Of a DNA stretch of 64,000 bases, positions 37,617 through 48,013 are shown one piece after another (position 1 is the stretch's first letter; every line of letters begins with the position of its first letter). This stretch comes from an uncultured Planctomycetia bacterium (lineage in GTDB: Bacteria > Omnitrophota > Gorgyraeia > Duberdicusellales > 4484-171). A program made the translations under genes and the position numbers. The notes below the pieces were generated by a model. The model was not told the origin of the DNA. It did no database searches and saw only the letters and a list, made by a program, of their open reading frames with translations. The stretch is taken from positions 68,799-132,798 of the forward strand of contig CAZAYU010000005.1 in NCBI GenBank assembly GCA_964489445.1, given 5' to 3'.

Positions 37617-38809
37617 TATTTTATCATCTCCAAAGCTAAACAGCCTGAAGCCTCTCCTAAAGACATACATGTGCCCATTACGCGAATTGAGCCTAAAGCT
37701 TCATGCCGCGCAGAAATACACTTTCCTGCGCTAATAAGATTGTTTACAGTCTTTGACTTAAGGCATCTTTTTGGCATTTCATAATAATCATTTTCTTTCA
37801 CATATTTATAGCAAGTTCCTTTTTCTTCAAGCCATTGCTCAATAGGCCAAGCTCCCTTAACAACTCCATCGTCAAATTTCCTTGCCTCTAGCACATCTTC
37901 TTCTGTCAAAATATATTTTCCTATAGTGCCTGCACTGCCTCTCGCAAAAACTTCTTCACTTGTTTTCTCAACCTGAGCATTCTTCATTTCTTGTAGATGC
38001 TCTGTAATAAATCGGAATATCTCAGACAAATATTTTTCTTTAAGGTTTCTTGATGAATAAGGCATATTCATTTTCAGATAACCTTCTTCCAAAGTATCTC
38101 CTTTGACATACGTGGTATATTTCAAGAAATCAGGAGCACCCTCGAGAGAAACAAACTTCTCTGCCCAATAAGGCACTTTAATCATTAAGGATTCATCATC
38201 GCTGTTTATAATTTTAACGACCTTAACTGTATATCCACAAAGCTGCTGTTTTGCTTCATCTACTATGAGAAAAGGTATTCCTGCCAATTTTGAAACAACG
38301 CTGTCTCCGCTGCAATCAATAACTATCTTAGGCTCAATGCTAATGCTTTCTCCGCTCTTCTTCGCCCTCAAGGATGACAGTTGGTTGTTTTTTTTATCTA
38401 TTTCATAGATTTCTGTATTTAGCAGAGAGACTATATTTTTCTGGCTATCTAAAAGAGTCATCAAGAATGAAGCAAGGCTGTTATCCGGCAAAGGGAGAAC
38501 AAATACTTTGCCGATTCTTTTTGCCTCAGCAATATTGTATTTTGATTTTAAAAAACGAACTAGTTCCTCCGGAATCCCTTTGTTGAGGGTGTCATTAACA
38601 TCACAAGTTCCCTGCTGATTGTTTGCGTATAATCCGCAAACAGTTGTATGCATGCATTTATTTGCAACTCCTCCTAAATAATTAGTTTTTTCAACCAATA
38701 AAACCTTTAAGCCATTTCTTGCCGCTGCAACAGCTGCACATACGCCCGAAACACCTGCCCCGATAACAACAACATCACATTTAATAATTTTATCTACCAC
38801 TTTATCCAT
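37616..38809 (-). CDS. FAD-dependent oxidoreductase
   Basis: VVVIGAGVSGVCAAVAAARNGLKVLLVEKTNYLGG Rossmann GxGxxG. Confidence 0.6.
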   Translation of the reverse strand: MDKVVDKIIKCDVVVIGAGVSGVCAAVAAARNGLKVLLVEKTNYLGGVANKCMHTTVCGLYANNQQGTCDVNDTLNKGIPEELVRFLKSKYNIAEAKRIGKVFVLPLPDNSLASFLMTLLDSQKNIVSLLNTEIYEIDKKNNQLSSLRAKKSGESISIEPKIVIDCSGDSVVSKLAGIPFLIVDEAKQQLCGYTVKVVKIINSDDESLMIKVPYWAEKFVSLEGAPDFLKYTTYVKGDTLEEGYLKMNMPYSSRNLKEKYLSEIFRFITEHLQEMKNAQVEKTSEEVFARGSAGTIGKYILTEEDVLEARKFDDGVVKGAWPIEQWLEEKGTCYKYVKENDYYEMPKRCLKSKTVNNLISAGKCISARHEALGSIRVMGTCMSLGEASGCLALEMIK

Positions 38810-40088
38810 TAGGCATTTCTTTTAGAATATCAACTAAAAAGCCTATGTCCTTATCATTTAATAATGTATTTAAATACGATATCGTAAAATTAAGTTTTCC
38901 ATTGTAATTATTGACGAACACTCCCAGCCCGGGAGGAACTGGAGGGACAGGTAAATGAAATAGATTAGTTGCTTCTTTCCCAAATAGCTTTCTCCCATTA
39001 AAAACAGTTTCACCTAAATAGGAAAACGAAAACGAAGCCATCGCTCCCTTAGAGTAGAGCCCCAACAAATTGCTTAGAATTGGAATTGGCACAATTCTCA
39101 TAAGCATTACATTACTGCTGAATTTATCAGAGAACCTAGATTTTGTTTGTTCATATAATTGATTCTTTATCGATGTCATAGAATTTTCTGCTTCTTCATA
39201 GGTGAGTCTAAAGAACATGAAAGATAGATGATTAAAAAACATTTCCTTCTCTTCCCCTTTTTTCCTTGCATTCACCGTGACAGGAACAACCATACTATCA
39301 TTTTGAATTCCCTTCCTGTTTAAAAGCCGATTGAACGCATAAGTAACCCGGGACAATAAAAAAGGCATTATCAGCAAATACCCAGCCTCCTTATCAGCCC
39401 TTTCAATAATTTTCTTCGTTTGTTTCTCGTCAAACTGGATAACTTTATACTGATACTCTTGCTTTCCTTTTCCAATAGAAAGAGCCCTCACTTTTCTTTT
39501 TGGCGATAGCCAAATTAATTTTCGGTTAACATATCTTCCCGCCTTAAATTTCTCAAGCCACCTATTCAGGTGAGAAGGCCAACAGAACCTAGCAGGAAAG
39601 ACATAGCTCTGTTTGTCTTCTCTGTATCGCTCAAAAGCATCTACAAAAAACTCCGCTCCGAGGCCATCAAAAAGTTTATGGCTAAAAGTAAATACAGCAT
39701 ACGATTTCTCATTATGAGACACAATATCACAATAAAGATAGCCTTCACTGGATTGATCGTATTTTTGAGAAATTTCTGCACAAAAAGAAATAAAATTAGA
39801 AGCTTCTTGTATTCTATGTGAAGAAATAGACACAGGTTTGATCTCTTTATTCTTGTCTATTTTCCAATAAGGAGCAAGATTAAGAGCTCTTGCCACGCGC
39901 CCTTTAAATACGAAATGGCCACTAATAAATTGATTCAGATCTTGCTCAAAGGGATCAATATCAATCACGCCATTCACTTCAAAAACAATATGAAACACGT
40001 TTCCTTTACCGATCTTTTTTTCATTCATATGATCGAAAGCGTGGACCAACCAATCAATACCTGTTAGATATCTTTTACTGGCCATCAA
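38802..40088 (-). CDS. condensation-domain-like acyltransferase (HxxxDG motif; WS/DGAT or PapA5-like)
   Basis: 428 aa; FTFSHKLFDGLG matches HHxxxDG active-site signature. Confidence 0.45.
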   Translation of the reverse strand: MMASKRYLTGIDWLVHAFDHMNEKKIGKGNVFHIVFEVNGVIDIDPFEQDLNQFISGHFVFKGRVARALNLAPYWKIDKNKEIKPVSISSHRIQEASNFISFCAEISQKYDQSSEGYLYCDIVSHNEKSYAVFTFSHKLFDGLGAEFFVDAFERYREDKQSYVFPARFCWPSHLNRWLEKFKAGRYVNRKLIWLSPKRKVRALSIGKGKQEYQYKVIQFDEKQTKKIIERADKEAGYLLIMPFLLSRVTYAFNRLLNRKGIQNDSMVVPVTVNARKKGEEKEMFFNHLSFMFFRLTYEEAENSMTSIKNQLYEQTKSRFSDKFSSNVMLMRIVPIPILSNLLGLYSKGAMASFSFSYLGETVFNGRKLFGKEATNLFHLPVPPVPPGLGVFVNNYNGKLNFTISYLNTLLNDKDIGFLVDILKEMPNG

Positions 40089-40332
40089 TAACTTTGAGTA
40101 AGCATTGGGATAAAGAATTTATTGTGCTAAAATCTTCTTTGGATAAGCTTGTGTCAATCAATTTTAGATTAAAACTTTTCTCTATAGAAACAAGTAATTC
40201 AACAAAGCTCAAAGAATCAAGCCCCATAGAATGTAGCGGCTTATTGACATCAATAGATTCAGTTTCTATCGATAGTATCATAGAAATTTCATCCACTAAC
40301 TTATCCTGAATTTCTTGTATATCACAATTCAT
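40075..40332 (-). CDS. acyl carrier protein (ACP 1 of 3)
   Basis: 85 aa, HSMGLDSLSFVELLV with DSL phosphopantetheine site. Confidence 0.7.
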   Translation of the reverse strand: MNCDIQEIQDKLVDEISMILSIETESIDVNKPLHSMGLDSLSFVELLVSIEKSFNLKLIDTSLSKEDFSTINSLSQCLLKVIDGQ

Positions 40333-40350
40333 ATAACACTGATCCCTAGA

Positions 40351-41034
40351 TTATTTAAATATATACCCGTTGATCTCACTAACTTTATCGCCCTTAAAAT
40401 GAACCGTAAAGCTTTTAGCCCGGCTTTCCCAATAAGTCCATAAGTCAGAATCGACAGAAGACGTTTTATGTGTTGGCGGATACCCGTAAGCCATTAAAAC
40501 TGCTTTTTTGCTCATGCCTACTTTTATCTTTCCATTCTCAACATCTTCTTTCTCTTTGCTTGATAACTTCTTAAAATCTTCTTCCAGGGGATTATCATTT
40601 GAAAAATATCTATCAAACAACTCGTATAAATCTATCTTACTATGCTTCGCCGCACGCGTATAAGTGTACACTTTTTTTCCGGACACAACAGTAAACTTTA
40701 TCTTATTGCCCCCAAATTTATCGACTCTAACTTCTGTTCCTGCAGAAATCATTGCCCCTCTATGAAAATTTGTTGAAAGAAAATTCTTTTCTTTTTCAAA
40801 CCACATGTTCGCCTTTAAATAAAATACCTTACCTTTAACTCTTTTTTCCATGTTTCTTAGTTTTTCTCTTCTTTCCCTTATCTTCTTTTTTCTTTTTTGC
40901 TCTGGAGTCATCAATTTATCCCTATACTCTTGCGTTCCTGCAAAATTCATGTCATTTGCATACACATTTATTACTAGAGCTGACATTGATAACACTAATA
41001 TTAAGCTAAAATTAAGAATTATTTTTCTGGCCAT
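40351..41034 (-). CDS. secreted/periplasmic protein with C-terminal SmpA_OmlA (BamE)-like domain
   Basis: Signal peptide, K/E-rich coiled region, VGMSKKAVLMAYGYPP motif. Confidence 0.35.
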   Translation of the reverse strand: MARKIILNFSLILVLSMSALVINVYANDMNFAGTQEYRDKLMTPEQKRKKKIRERREKLRNMEKRVKGKVFYLKANMWFEKEKNFLSTNFHRGAMISAGTEVRVDKFGGNKIKFTVVSGKKVYTYTRAAKHSKIDLYELFDRYFSNDNPLEEDFKKLSSKEKEDVENGKIKVGMSKKAVLMAYGYPPTHKTSSVDSDLWTYWESRAKSFTVHFKGDKVSEINGYIFK

Positions 41035-41051
41035 ATTGCCCTTCTTTTTTA

Positions 41052-41993
41052 TTATATTGTTAGGTTAAAAACCGTTTTCTTATTTCTATCAAAAAACCTT
41101 ATATTTTTGATATTATCCGAAGACTCAAGGTTAACGTCGTTTCTTAACTTTATAAGATTTGAGTAAACATGTTTATTTTTAAGCATTAAAGCTGCTGAGG
41201 CACAGCAAAAGCTTGAACCTGATGCGACCCATCCCCATGCTGAATAATTGTTGAAAGAGACTATATTTTTCTCATCATCTTCTTTTCCTCCTGAAACTTG
41301 ATTGCACTCGATATTACAATACTTTGCTTTTCTTTTGCCATCGCTCAATAAAAAGAAAGCGCTTCCTTCCCCAGGAATAGATTCTACAATATTTAGCTTT
41401 TGAGTACATATGTATTCCATAGCAAGGCTTAACTCATCAACAGTTCCCACAAGGACATACTTACACCTTCCTTGATTAATCCACGCATCAGCTAATTGCA
41501 AAGCATTGCAAAATGGAAAACAGAAATCCGTCAGAGTAATTGCTGGCCCCTTAATATTTAATACCGATGCAATATATGATGCCGCAGCATTATGAACAGA
41601 ATGCGAAAATGTCGTTGGAGAAACGCTAGCTTCACCATAATCAAGGATATTATCCAAAAAATTAAATGTTGTCCTATGAGGACCAAATGATGTGGAAACA
41701 ATAACACCAACCTTTTCATTTTCGGCTATTTCTATTCCACTATCTTTAAACGCGTCCCACGCTGCTAAAACAGCCATCTTACAAAACCGATCAGATCGTC
41801 GACACTTTTTAAGTACATCTTTATCTTTCAAAACTTTATCATCTACGCTAAAAACAGGAATTGTCTTCTTTGTTATTGCTGAATATTCTGAAGATTTTGG
41901 TTCAGAATGATCTTGCTGTAAAGCTTTCACAAAGTTTTCAATCCCTCTTCCCGCGCTTGAAATTATTCCAATTCCTTGGATTTTCATAAACAA
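41052..41993 (-). CDS. ketosynthase-like protein lacking canonical active-site Cys (chain-length-factor-like)
   Basis: Thiolase-fold motifs SPTTFSHSVHNAAASYIASVLNIKGP but no TACSS-type Cys; 313 aa. Confidence 0.6.
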   Translation of the reverse strand: MFMKIQGIGIISSAGRGIENFVKALQQDHSEPKSSEYSAITKKTIPVFSVDDKVLKDKDVLKKCRRSDRFCKMAVLAAWDAFKDSGIEIAENEKVGVIVSTSFGPHRTTFNFLDNILDYGEASVSPTTFSHSVHNAAASYIASVLNIKGPAITLTDFCFPFCNALQLADAWINQGRCKYVLVGTVDELSLAMEYICTQKLNIVESIPGEGSAFFLLSDGKRKAKYCNIECNQVSGGKEDDEKNIVSFNNYSAWGWVASGSSFCCASAALMLKNKHVYSNLIKLRNDVNLESSDNIKNIRFFDRNKKTVFNLTI

Positions 41994-42024
41994 TTATACT
42001 TTTTGATAAAAATTATATGCCAGC

Positions 42025-42480
42025 CTATTTATCCGAGTAGTTATCAAGTATTTTCTTCTTTTGTTCTTCAAAGTCATCCTGAGTTATAAGTCCCTCTGAC
42101 AATAGCTTGCTGAGAGTTTTTATCTTAAATTCTACGCTATCTTCTAGCTCTATATCACTCTCGTCAGCATCTTCCCTTAATCTTGAATCATCTTCTGATA
42201 AACATTTAAAAGTCAACTCAGCTGTAGACCACCTAACAAACGGGGCCCAATTGCCACATTCAGATTTCATAGAATAAAGTTGCTTGTTTTTACTTATACA
42301 ATGCTCGTTTCCGATTCTATATAGCTTAGCCAACACGGTAGCACCTTTAGAAAATGGAGTAGAAGTGCTGCCAGAGATCATATAGGTATCTTTTCCTGTT
42401 CGAACTACTCCTCCAATTGCACATCCCGAAAACATAAAAATAATTAAAAAAAAGTATATAAAATAATTTATTTTCTTCAT
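42025..42480 (-). CDS. lipoprotein (lipobox FSGCA) with Cys pair and SHOCT-like C-terminal tail; paralogue of 49978-50292
   Basis: SGCAIGGVVRTGKDTYMIS...EHCISKNKQ...FKC aligns with the other lipoprotein. Confidence 0.45.
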   Translation of the reverse strand: MKKINYFIYFFLIIFMFSGCAIGGVVRTGKDTYMISGSTSTPFSKGATVLAKLYRIGNEHCISKNKQLYSMKSECGNWAPFVRWSTAELTFKCLSEDDSRLREDADESDIELEDSVEFKIKTLSKLLSEGLITQDDFEEQKKKILDNYSDK

Positions 42481-42502
42481 TGTCTCTCCTTAAATATTCA
42501 TT

Positions 42503-43648
42503 TTATTCTTCTCTATTGATTACAAGAGCCGCATTGTTCCCACCAAAAGCTAATGACGTTGACAAGCCGTACTGCCCTTTAACTTCTGTCTTTTTCTTTA
42601 ATGGAGAAATCCCTATTTCCTCATCTTCACTCTGGAATCCAGCACTTTTCGGAATCCAACCCGCTTTCAAAGCTAAAGCCGTAAACACAGCCTCGATTGC
42701 ACCAGCTGCCCCCAATGTGTGCCCAGTATAACCTTTAGTAGAAAGTACTTTAACGTCGGTGCCGAAAAGCTCACCAATTACTCTCCCTTCTACTTTATCA
42801 TTATCTAAAGTTGCAGTTCCATGCGCATTTATAAAATAAATATCTCGCAATTCAATCCCTGCCCCCTCTATTGCTTCCTTGATAGCATTTTTTAATCCAA
42901 CTCCATCTGGATGCGGAGCCGTTAAATGATGTGCATCTGATCCTGAACCATAAGCTGAAATATGCATCTTGGACAGGCCTCTTTTTTCTAGAATTAAAAC
43001 TCCTGCCCCCTCTCCAAGGTTTAACCCTTTTCTATTTTTATCAAATGGCGCACATACTGTATCACTCATAATTCCTAATGAATTGAATCCGCATAAAGGA
43101 ATTTTATTTAATTCATCTGCGCCACCGGCGATTACAATATCACACATATCATTCTTTAGCCAAGATATTGCAATCCCAATCGCATCAGCTCCTGAAGAAC
43201 ACGCATTAACAACAACGCTCTTTGGGCCATTTAATTTATACTTCTTTGCAATAACTTCCGCCAAATTTCCATTCAAATATTTGTTAACAGAAGTAATACA
43301 AGCTTGCCCTGTCTCTTTAAATTCTTTATAAAAATCAATATTATTTAGCTGGCTAGCTACCGTTGTTCCAAAACAGACACCAACCCTTTTATTGTTATCA
43401 AAAATATCTCCGTCGTAGCCTTCGATAGCTTCTTCGACAGCAGACAACAATAAGCTTAAAGTCCTATTTCTACACTTCGGCTGATACCCTCTAACCTCAA
43501 AAACAGGCTTATTTAGTTCCGTCTCAAACAAAGTAACTTTACCGACATTAATATATCCTTTGTCGAAAGTTTGTATTGTTTCTGTAATATTCCTACCCGC
43601 AGCCGAAATACAGCCCATTGCGGATATTGTAATCTGATTATTATTCAT
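42503..43648 (-). CDS. beta-ketoacyl-ACP synthase (KS, FabF/FabB-like)
   Basis: NACSSGADAIG active Cys, NAHGTAT, GHTLGAAG His motifs. Confidence 0.85.
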   Translation of the reverse strand: MNNNQITISAMGCISAAGRNITETIQTFDKGYINVGKVTLFETELNKPVFEVRGYQPKCRNRTLSLLLSAVEEAIEGYDGDIFDNNKRVGVCFGTTVASQLNNIDFYKEFKETGQACITSVNKYLNGNLAEVIAKKYKLNGPKSVVVNACSSGADAIGIAISWLKNDMCDIVIAGGADELNKIPLCGFNSLGIMSDTVCAPFDKNRKGLNLGEGAGVLILEKRGLSKMHISAYGSGSDAHHLTAPHPDGVGLKNAIKEAIEGAGIELRDIYFINAHGTATLDNDKVEGRVIGELFGTDVKVLSTKGYTGHTLGAAGAIEAVFTALALKAGWIPKSAGFQSEDEEIGISPLKKKTEVKGQYGLSTSLAFGGNNAALVINREE

Positions 43649-43651
43649 GTT

Positions 43652-43942
43652 TTATTCTGATTTATTTTCTATATTGGCTACAACATACTTTGCTAAGGTA
43701 TCCAATGAATAAAATATCTCTCGCCCTTTAGTCATATCCTTCACTTCTAACCCAAAGTTTCTTTGGAGTAAAACAACAATCTCAACAGCGTCCAAGGAAT
43801 CTAAGCCTAATCCATCACCAAAAAGAATCTCATCATCCTTGATATTTTCAGCCTTAACGTCCTCAAGAGATAGATGGTCTACCAGTAACTCTTTTAATTT
43901 CTTTCTTATTTCAACCAATCTTTTTTCTTCTGATTCCTGCAT
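43652..43942 (-). CDS. acyl carrier protein (ACP 2 of 3)
   Basis: DGLGLDSLDAVEIVVLLQRNFG. Confidence 0.8.
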   Translation of the reverse strand: MQESEEKRLVEIRKKLKELLVDHLSLEDVKAENIKDDEILFGDGLGLDSLDAVEIVVLLQRNFGLEVKDMTKGREIFYSLDTLAKYVVANIENKSE

Positions 43943-43961
43943 TTTTCCTCCTTAGTCATAT

Positions 43962-44525
43962 TTATTGATTTTGGAATTCAAACACTAACTTATTCCCATT
44001 TTTTCTATTAATTAAAGGAATGCTAAATTTTTCGCCACTCGCAAGAGGATGAATAAACATCACCCCGCTTATATCAGAATTTGGATCAACGGAAACATCA
44101 ACAATTTCCTTAGCCAAATAGTCTTTTCTAATTTTATTATTTATTTTAATAATGCGAACATGGAGAGGTGGCCAAGGACCAGCATGTATCCACTGGTTGC
44201 GCGCACACTTTCTTGCGGCTTCTTCTGCATATATATAGTTAGGCTCAACGCTAGCCTTTCTAAATCCGTAAGCCACATCACTCTTGTTATCTATCACAAT
44301 AAATACTGGCTGAATTTCCCTTCCCCGCATATCGCAACTAAATATCTCGCTTGCCTCATCATAATCAAAAAACTTTACAGCTACAGAAACACCATTTAGG
44401 TTAACAGCATCGACATAATCTTCAACATAATTGCTTGGCAACCTGCCCGCGTAGTATCCGCCACACCCGGAAATAGCAACCATTAAAAATACTAAGATAA
44501 AAAAAAGTAACGCCCTCTTAAACAT
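43962..44525 (-). CDS. lipoprotein of unknown function (lipobox ISGCG)
   Basis: Signal peptide plus Cys; 187 aa. Confidence 0.4.
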   Translation of the reverse strand: MFKRALLFFILVFLMVAISGCGGYYAGRLPSNYVEDYVDAVNLNGVSVAVKFFDYDEASEIFSCDMRGREIQPVFIVIDNKSDVAYGFRKASVEPNYIYAEEAARKCARNQWIHAGPWPPLHVRIIKINNKIRKDYLAKEIVDVSVDPNSDISGVMFIHPLASGEKFSIPLINRKNGNKLVFEFQNQ

Positions 44526-44566
44526 AACAACACCCCCTCATGAAATTATTTTGCTATACACTTATT

Positions 44567-45457
44567 TTAGCCCCATACATCCGCAAAAAGAAAAATTTGA
44601 TACGGATAATTTTCTGCATAGTTATTTAAAACCGTTGCATATTCTTGCACATATTCCTTTAGTTGCTGCCTTTTCTCTTTTTTTCCATCATACTTCGGTC
44701 TTATAACATTGTTAAAATCAACTAGATATTCTTTATGCGATAATTTTGCCGTTAATAAAACAATTATCGGACACTCTAAAGACGCCGCAATTAAAAATGC
44801 TCCAAAAGGAAAACCAGCTTTCTCCCCTAAATAATCCACACCTAAAGCTGGAAACCCATATCGACGGTCACCCATTATGGAAACAACATCCCCACTGTTA
44901 ATCTTTTCTGTTATTTCAATTACTCCTCCAAAGTCTTGCTCCGGAGAAATAATCTTCACTCTTTCTTTTTCTGAGTCAATTTTTAAATTTTTCTTAACAG
45001 TTGTATTGTCTTCTAGCCTCATGACAAGATATATATTTTTATTTAGCTCCTTTAAACAAGATAGAGCTACTTGCCAATTGCCAATATGAGATGTGAGGAA
45101 TATACATCCTTTTTCACTTTGATTAACAATTTTCTTAACAGAATCAAACCCTTTAAGATGCATTGTAAATCCTTCATATCCCGACACTATCGCATACCGA
45201 TCAATCAGCGCCTTTCCTTGACTAACAAAAAGTAAATATACGTGCCGATATTGTTTTAAGAATCCATCTCCTCTAAATCGTCTTTTTGTGTACGCTAAAG
45301 CGCCTTTAACTGCTGCTCGGTCAAACAGCAAATAATATGTACAAACGATATACAACAAGCCATACGCACCTCGTAAGCCAAACAGCCTTGCAGAAACCAT
45401 AAAAATCTGAAATCCCAGCTCGTTTCCTCTTTTTTTTACTTCAATCTTCTTAGACAC
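44567..45457 (-). CDS. LpxL/HtrB-family lipid A-type acyltransferase (lysophospholipid acyltransferase superfamily)
   Basis: SHIGNWQ resembles the LpxL HxGNWE catalytic motif; N-terminal TM anchor; 296 aa. Confidence 0.65.
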   Translation of the reverse strand: MSKKIEVKKRGNELGFQIFMVSARLFGLRGAYGLLYIVCTYYLLFDRAAVKGALAYTKRRFRGDGFLKQYRHVYLLFVSQGKALIDRYAIVSGYEGFTMHLKGFDSVKKIVNQSEKGCIFLTSHIGNWQVALSCLKELNKNIYLVMRLEDNTTVKKNLKIDSEKERVKIISPEQDFGGVIEITEKINSGDVVSIMGDRRYGFPALGVDYLGEKAGFPFGAFLIAASLECPIIVLLTAKLSHKEYLVDFNNVIRPKYDGKKEKRQQLKEYVQEYATVLNNYAENYPYQIFLFADVWG

Positions 45458-46646
45458 TCACAGCACCTTTCTCTGTTTTTCGCTGCAAAAATTTTGTAAT
45501 ACCAAAAACCATAAAGCCAGTAAATACTGCTAATATAGGTGCAACAACCAAAGATCCTAAAAACCATTCCCAAATTCGGTCAAATGCCTGATAAAAAATA
45601 ACATCGACAGAAACTTCTGTCAGCCATGTTCCATAAAGCATGAAATGCCCAACCTCTATGCATACGACAGGAACAAATGGCGGCGCACACAAATTCTGGA
45701 TGCTCACTGCCATAACTTTATTCAAATGCAATCGAGTAGTGACATAAACAATCACAATAGTATGCACTGCAATCAAAGGTAGCACAGCCAGCAAAATCCC
45801 AACTGCCGCGGAGGCAGCCAAGCCTTCAGGAGTTGCATTTTCTTTAAGCAAAAACTTTAAGACTTTAAGAGGATGTTTAAGCAATTCTTTATGCATAATA
45901 CTTTTTTCTTCTCGCTGAATTAGCTTCTTATGAGGAACAGGCAGCAGCCTCCTTAAAACAAGCTGTGTATGCATCATTGAAATTCTTAAATTATCTAGAA
46001 ATCCTTTAAAATGAGAAATTCGCTCCCCTTCTTTAGCATAATGCACGCCAACATCAACTGTCTTAATCCTTAAACCAGCCCAAGCCGCTTTTGCAATAGC
46101 TTCCGTCTCAAAGTCATAATGTACGCCCTTCAAATTAAGCCTCAAAATGTAATCAACAGGGTATGCACGAAAACCACTTTGGCAATCATCAATAGATAGT
46201 CCAGTTTCTATCTTAAACCAGAAATTTGAGAAATTTCTTCCAAATTTACTCTTGCCCGGAATATTCTCTGCAAAAAAATTTCTGGAACCAATAACAATGA
46301 CATCGCCCTGATCTCCAATCTCAGCAATAATCTTAGCGATATCTTTCGGATAATGCTGCCCGTCTGCATCTATTGTAACCGCGTACCTACCACCTTCTTT
46401 TTTTACATATTTCAACCCAGTTAGAATTGCCGCACCTTTACCTTCATTGTTTTCATGCTTAATAACAACAACTCTTCCATCCGCAACAGCTAATCCCACG
46501 TTAAGATCAGTACTTCCATCATCAACAACAACAATGTTCTCAACTTGTTCTTTACACCCCAAAATAACGTCTTTTAAAGTCTTTCCATTGTTGTAAACGG
46601 GGATGATACACCAAATCTTATTTCCTTCAAAATTACTTGGAGTCAT
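45450..46646 (-). CDS. family-2 glycosyltransferase fused to C-terminal 4-TM membrane domain
   Basis: CIIPVYNNGKTLKDVI...VVVDDGSTD GT-A fold with DxD; hydrophobic C-terminal third. Confidence 0.7.
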   Translation of the reverse strand: MTPSNFEGNKIWCIIPVYNNGKTLKDVILGCKEQVENIVVVDDGSTDLNVGLAVADGRVVVIKHENNEGKGAAILTGLKYVKKEGGRYAVTIDADGQHYPKDIAKIIAEIGDQGDVIVIGSRNFFAENIPGKSKFGRNFSNFWFKIETGLSIDDCQSGFRAYPVDYILRLNLKGVHYDFETEAIAKAAWAGLRIKTVDVGVHYAKEGERISHFKGFLDNLRISMMHTQLVLRRLLPVPHKKLIQREEKSIMHKELLKHPLKVLKFLLKENATPEGLAASAAVGILLAVLPLIAVHTIVIVYVTTRLHLNKVMAVSIQNLCAPPFVPVVCIEVGHFMLYGTWLTEVSVDVIFYQAFDRIWEWFLGSLVVAPILAVFTGFMVFGITKFLQRKTEKGAVSV

Positions 46647-48006
46647 AACTCATATGCCTTTTACGTTTTTCTTTTCCTTTAAGAAGCATGTCCCATAAAC
46701 AACCTGAATATCCCATCTTGTGAAGAAACTGCAAACTACTATCTAGCGCGTCCGGAGGAAAAACACAATTCCTCATTCCTTTAAAACCTTCGGTCAATGT
46801 TTTTTCCAGCCATTCTTTTTCAATCGCAGGATCAATGTAATAAACTGGATCTAAAAGATTCCCACCCATCTCAATAACTCCATCATCCTCTGCGATCTTT
46901 AATAATGAGGTTCCCGGTAAAATTCGTACTCCCATAAATATAAATGAAACCGAATTCTTTAGCCTTTGAATATTCTCGATGCCTTCAATAGCTGTTTCTT
47001 TTGTTTCTCCGGGGCATCCAAACATATAATAATGCGCAACCGCAACTTCATGCTTTACGAATAAATCATTTGATTCAATAGCATCTCTAAATAAAAATGA
47101 TTTACCTAGCTTCTTTAAAGTTGTATCTGTCGGTGCATCTGTTCCCAACTCAGCTGCGCACAGCCCTGTACTTTTCATCAATTCTACAATTCCATCCGTT
47201 AGTCCTCTTGGAGTAAAAAACGCTGTCCATGGAACATTTATGTTTCGTTCTTTCATCTCTTTCACAACTTTCAAGTATTCCCCTTGAGAATCATTAAAAA
47301 CAGAATCTGTAAAGAAAATAAGTTTTGCTCCGTACTGTTCATGTAGCTCTTGGACATCATCCACAACAGATTTTGGAACTCTAGCTCTTATTTTTGATCC
47401 TTCCAGCAAAGGATAAGAACAATAAACACATTTACAAGAACACCCTCTTTTTGTTTGAATAGAAGCAACATTGCCGCTTTGCAAATAATACTTCATTAAT
47501 TCTGAATCATATAAAGCATTCGGAATTACACCACCACTTATCAGAGCTCTGCTTCGTATACACTTTTCTTTTGGAAAAATCCTTCTTTCAATATCCTTTA
47601 CAAATTTAACTATCAGTTCTTCCCCTTCACCTACAATTCCATAATCTGCTCCTGTTTTTTCAAGAATAACATTTGGCATGATGGAAAACCCTGAGCCCCC
47701 TAACACAACGACAGCTTTTGAATTCTTCTTTATCATCGCAACAATATCTGTAACAGCATCAATATATCGCTGCTCATTCATTAAATTCACATTATCGATA
47801 TTGCGAATCGAAACCCCTACAATATCCGGATCAATTCTTTTTTGCTCTTTGTTGAGAACATCTAGAGACTTCTCACTTTTTAAGTAATCTCTTTGTTCAA
47901 CATTAATTCCCGCATTCTTTAAAGCTGCTGCAACCATGCTCATCCCCAAAGGATAAATCGTGTAAGGTGTCTTCGCCACATTAGAAGATATTAATAAAAC
48001 TTTCAT
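46633..48006 (-). CDS. cobalamin-binding radical SAM enzyme (class B) #1
   Basis: N-terminal B12-binding-like Rossmann (MKVLLISSNV...), CSCKCVYC = Cx3Cx2C; start set at ATG (ORF-track start is TTG). Confidence 0.75.
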   Translation of the reverse strand: MKVLLISSNVAKTPYTIYPLGMSMVAAALKNAGINVEQRDYLKSEKSLDVLNKEQKRIDPDIVGVSIRNIDNVNLMNEQRYIDAVTDIVAMIKKNSKAVVVLGGSGFSIMPNVILEKTGADYGIVGEGEELIVKFVKDIERRIFPKEKCIRSRALISGGVIPNALYDSELMKYYLQSGNVASIQTKRGCSCKCVYCSYPLLEGSKIRARVPKSVVDDVQELHEQYGAKLIFFTDSVFNDSQGEYLKVVKEMKERNINVPWTAFFTPRGLTDGIVELMKSTGLCAAELGTDAPTDTTLKKLGKSFLFRDAIESNDLFVKHEVAVAHYYMFGCPGETKETAIEGIENIQRLKNSVSFIFMGVRILPGTSLLKIAEDDGVIEMGGNLLDPVYYIDPAIEKEWLEKTLTEGFKGMRNCVFPPDALDSSLQFLHKMGYSGCLWDMLLKGKEKRKRHMSYDSK

Positions 48007-48013
48007 GTTTACA

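Noticed and set aside
37616-38809. Flavin-dependent halogenase call for the FAD oxidoreductase
   Set aside because: GxGxxG is present but the WxWxIP halogenase motif is absent (only AWPIEQW). Kept as generic FAD oxidoreductase.
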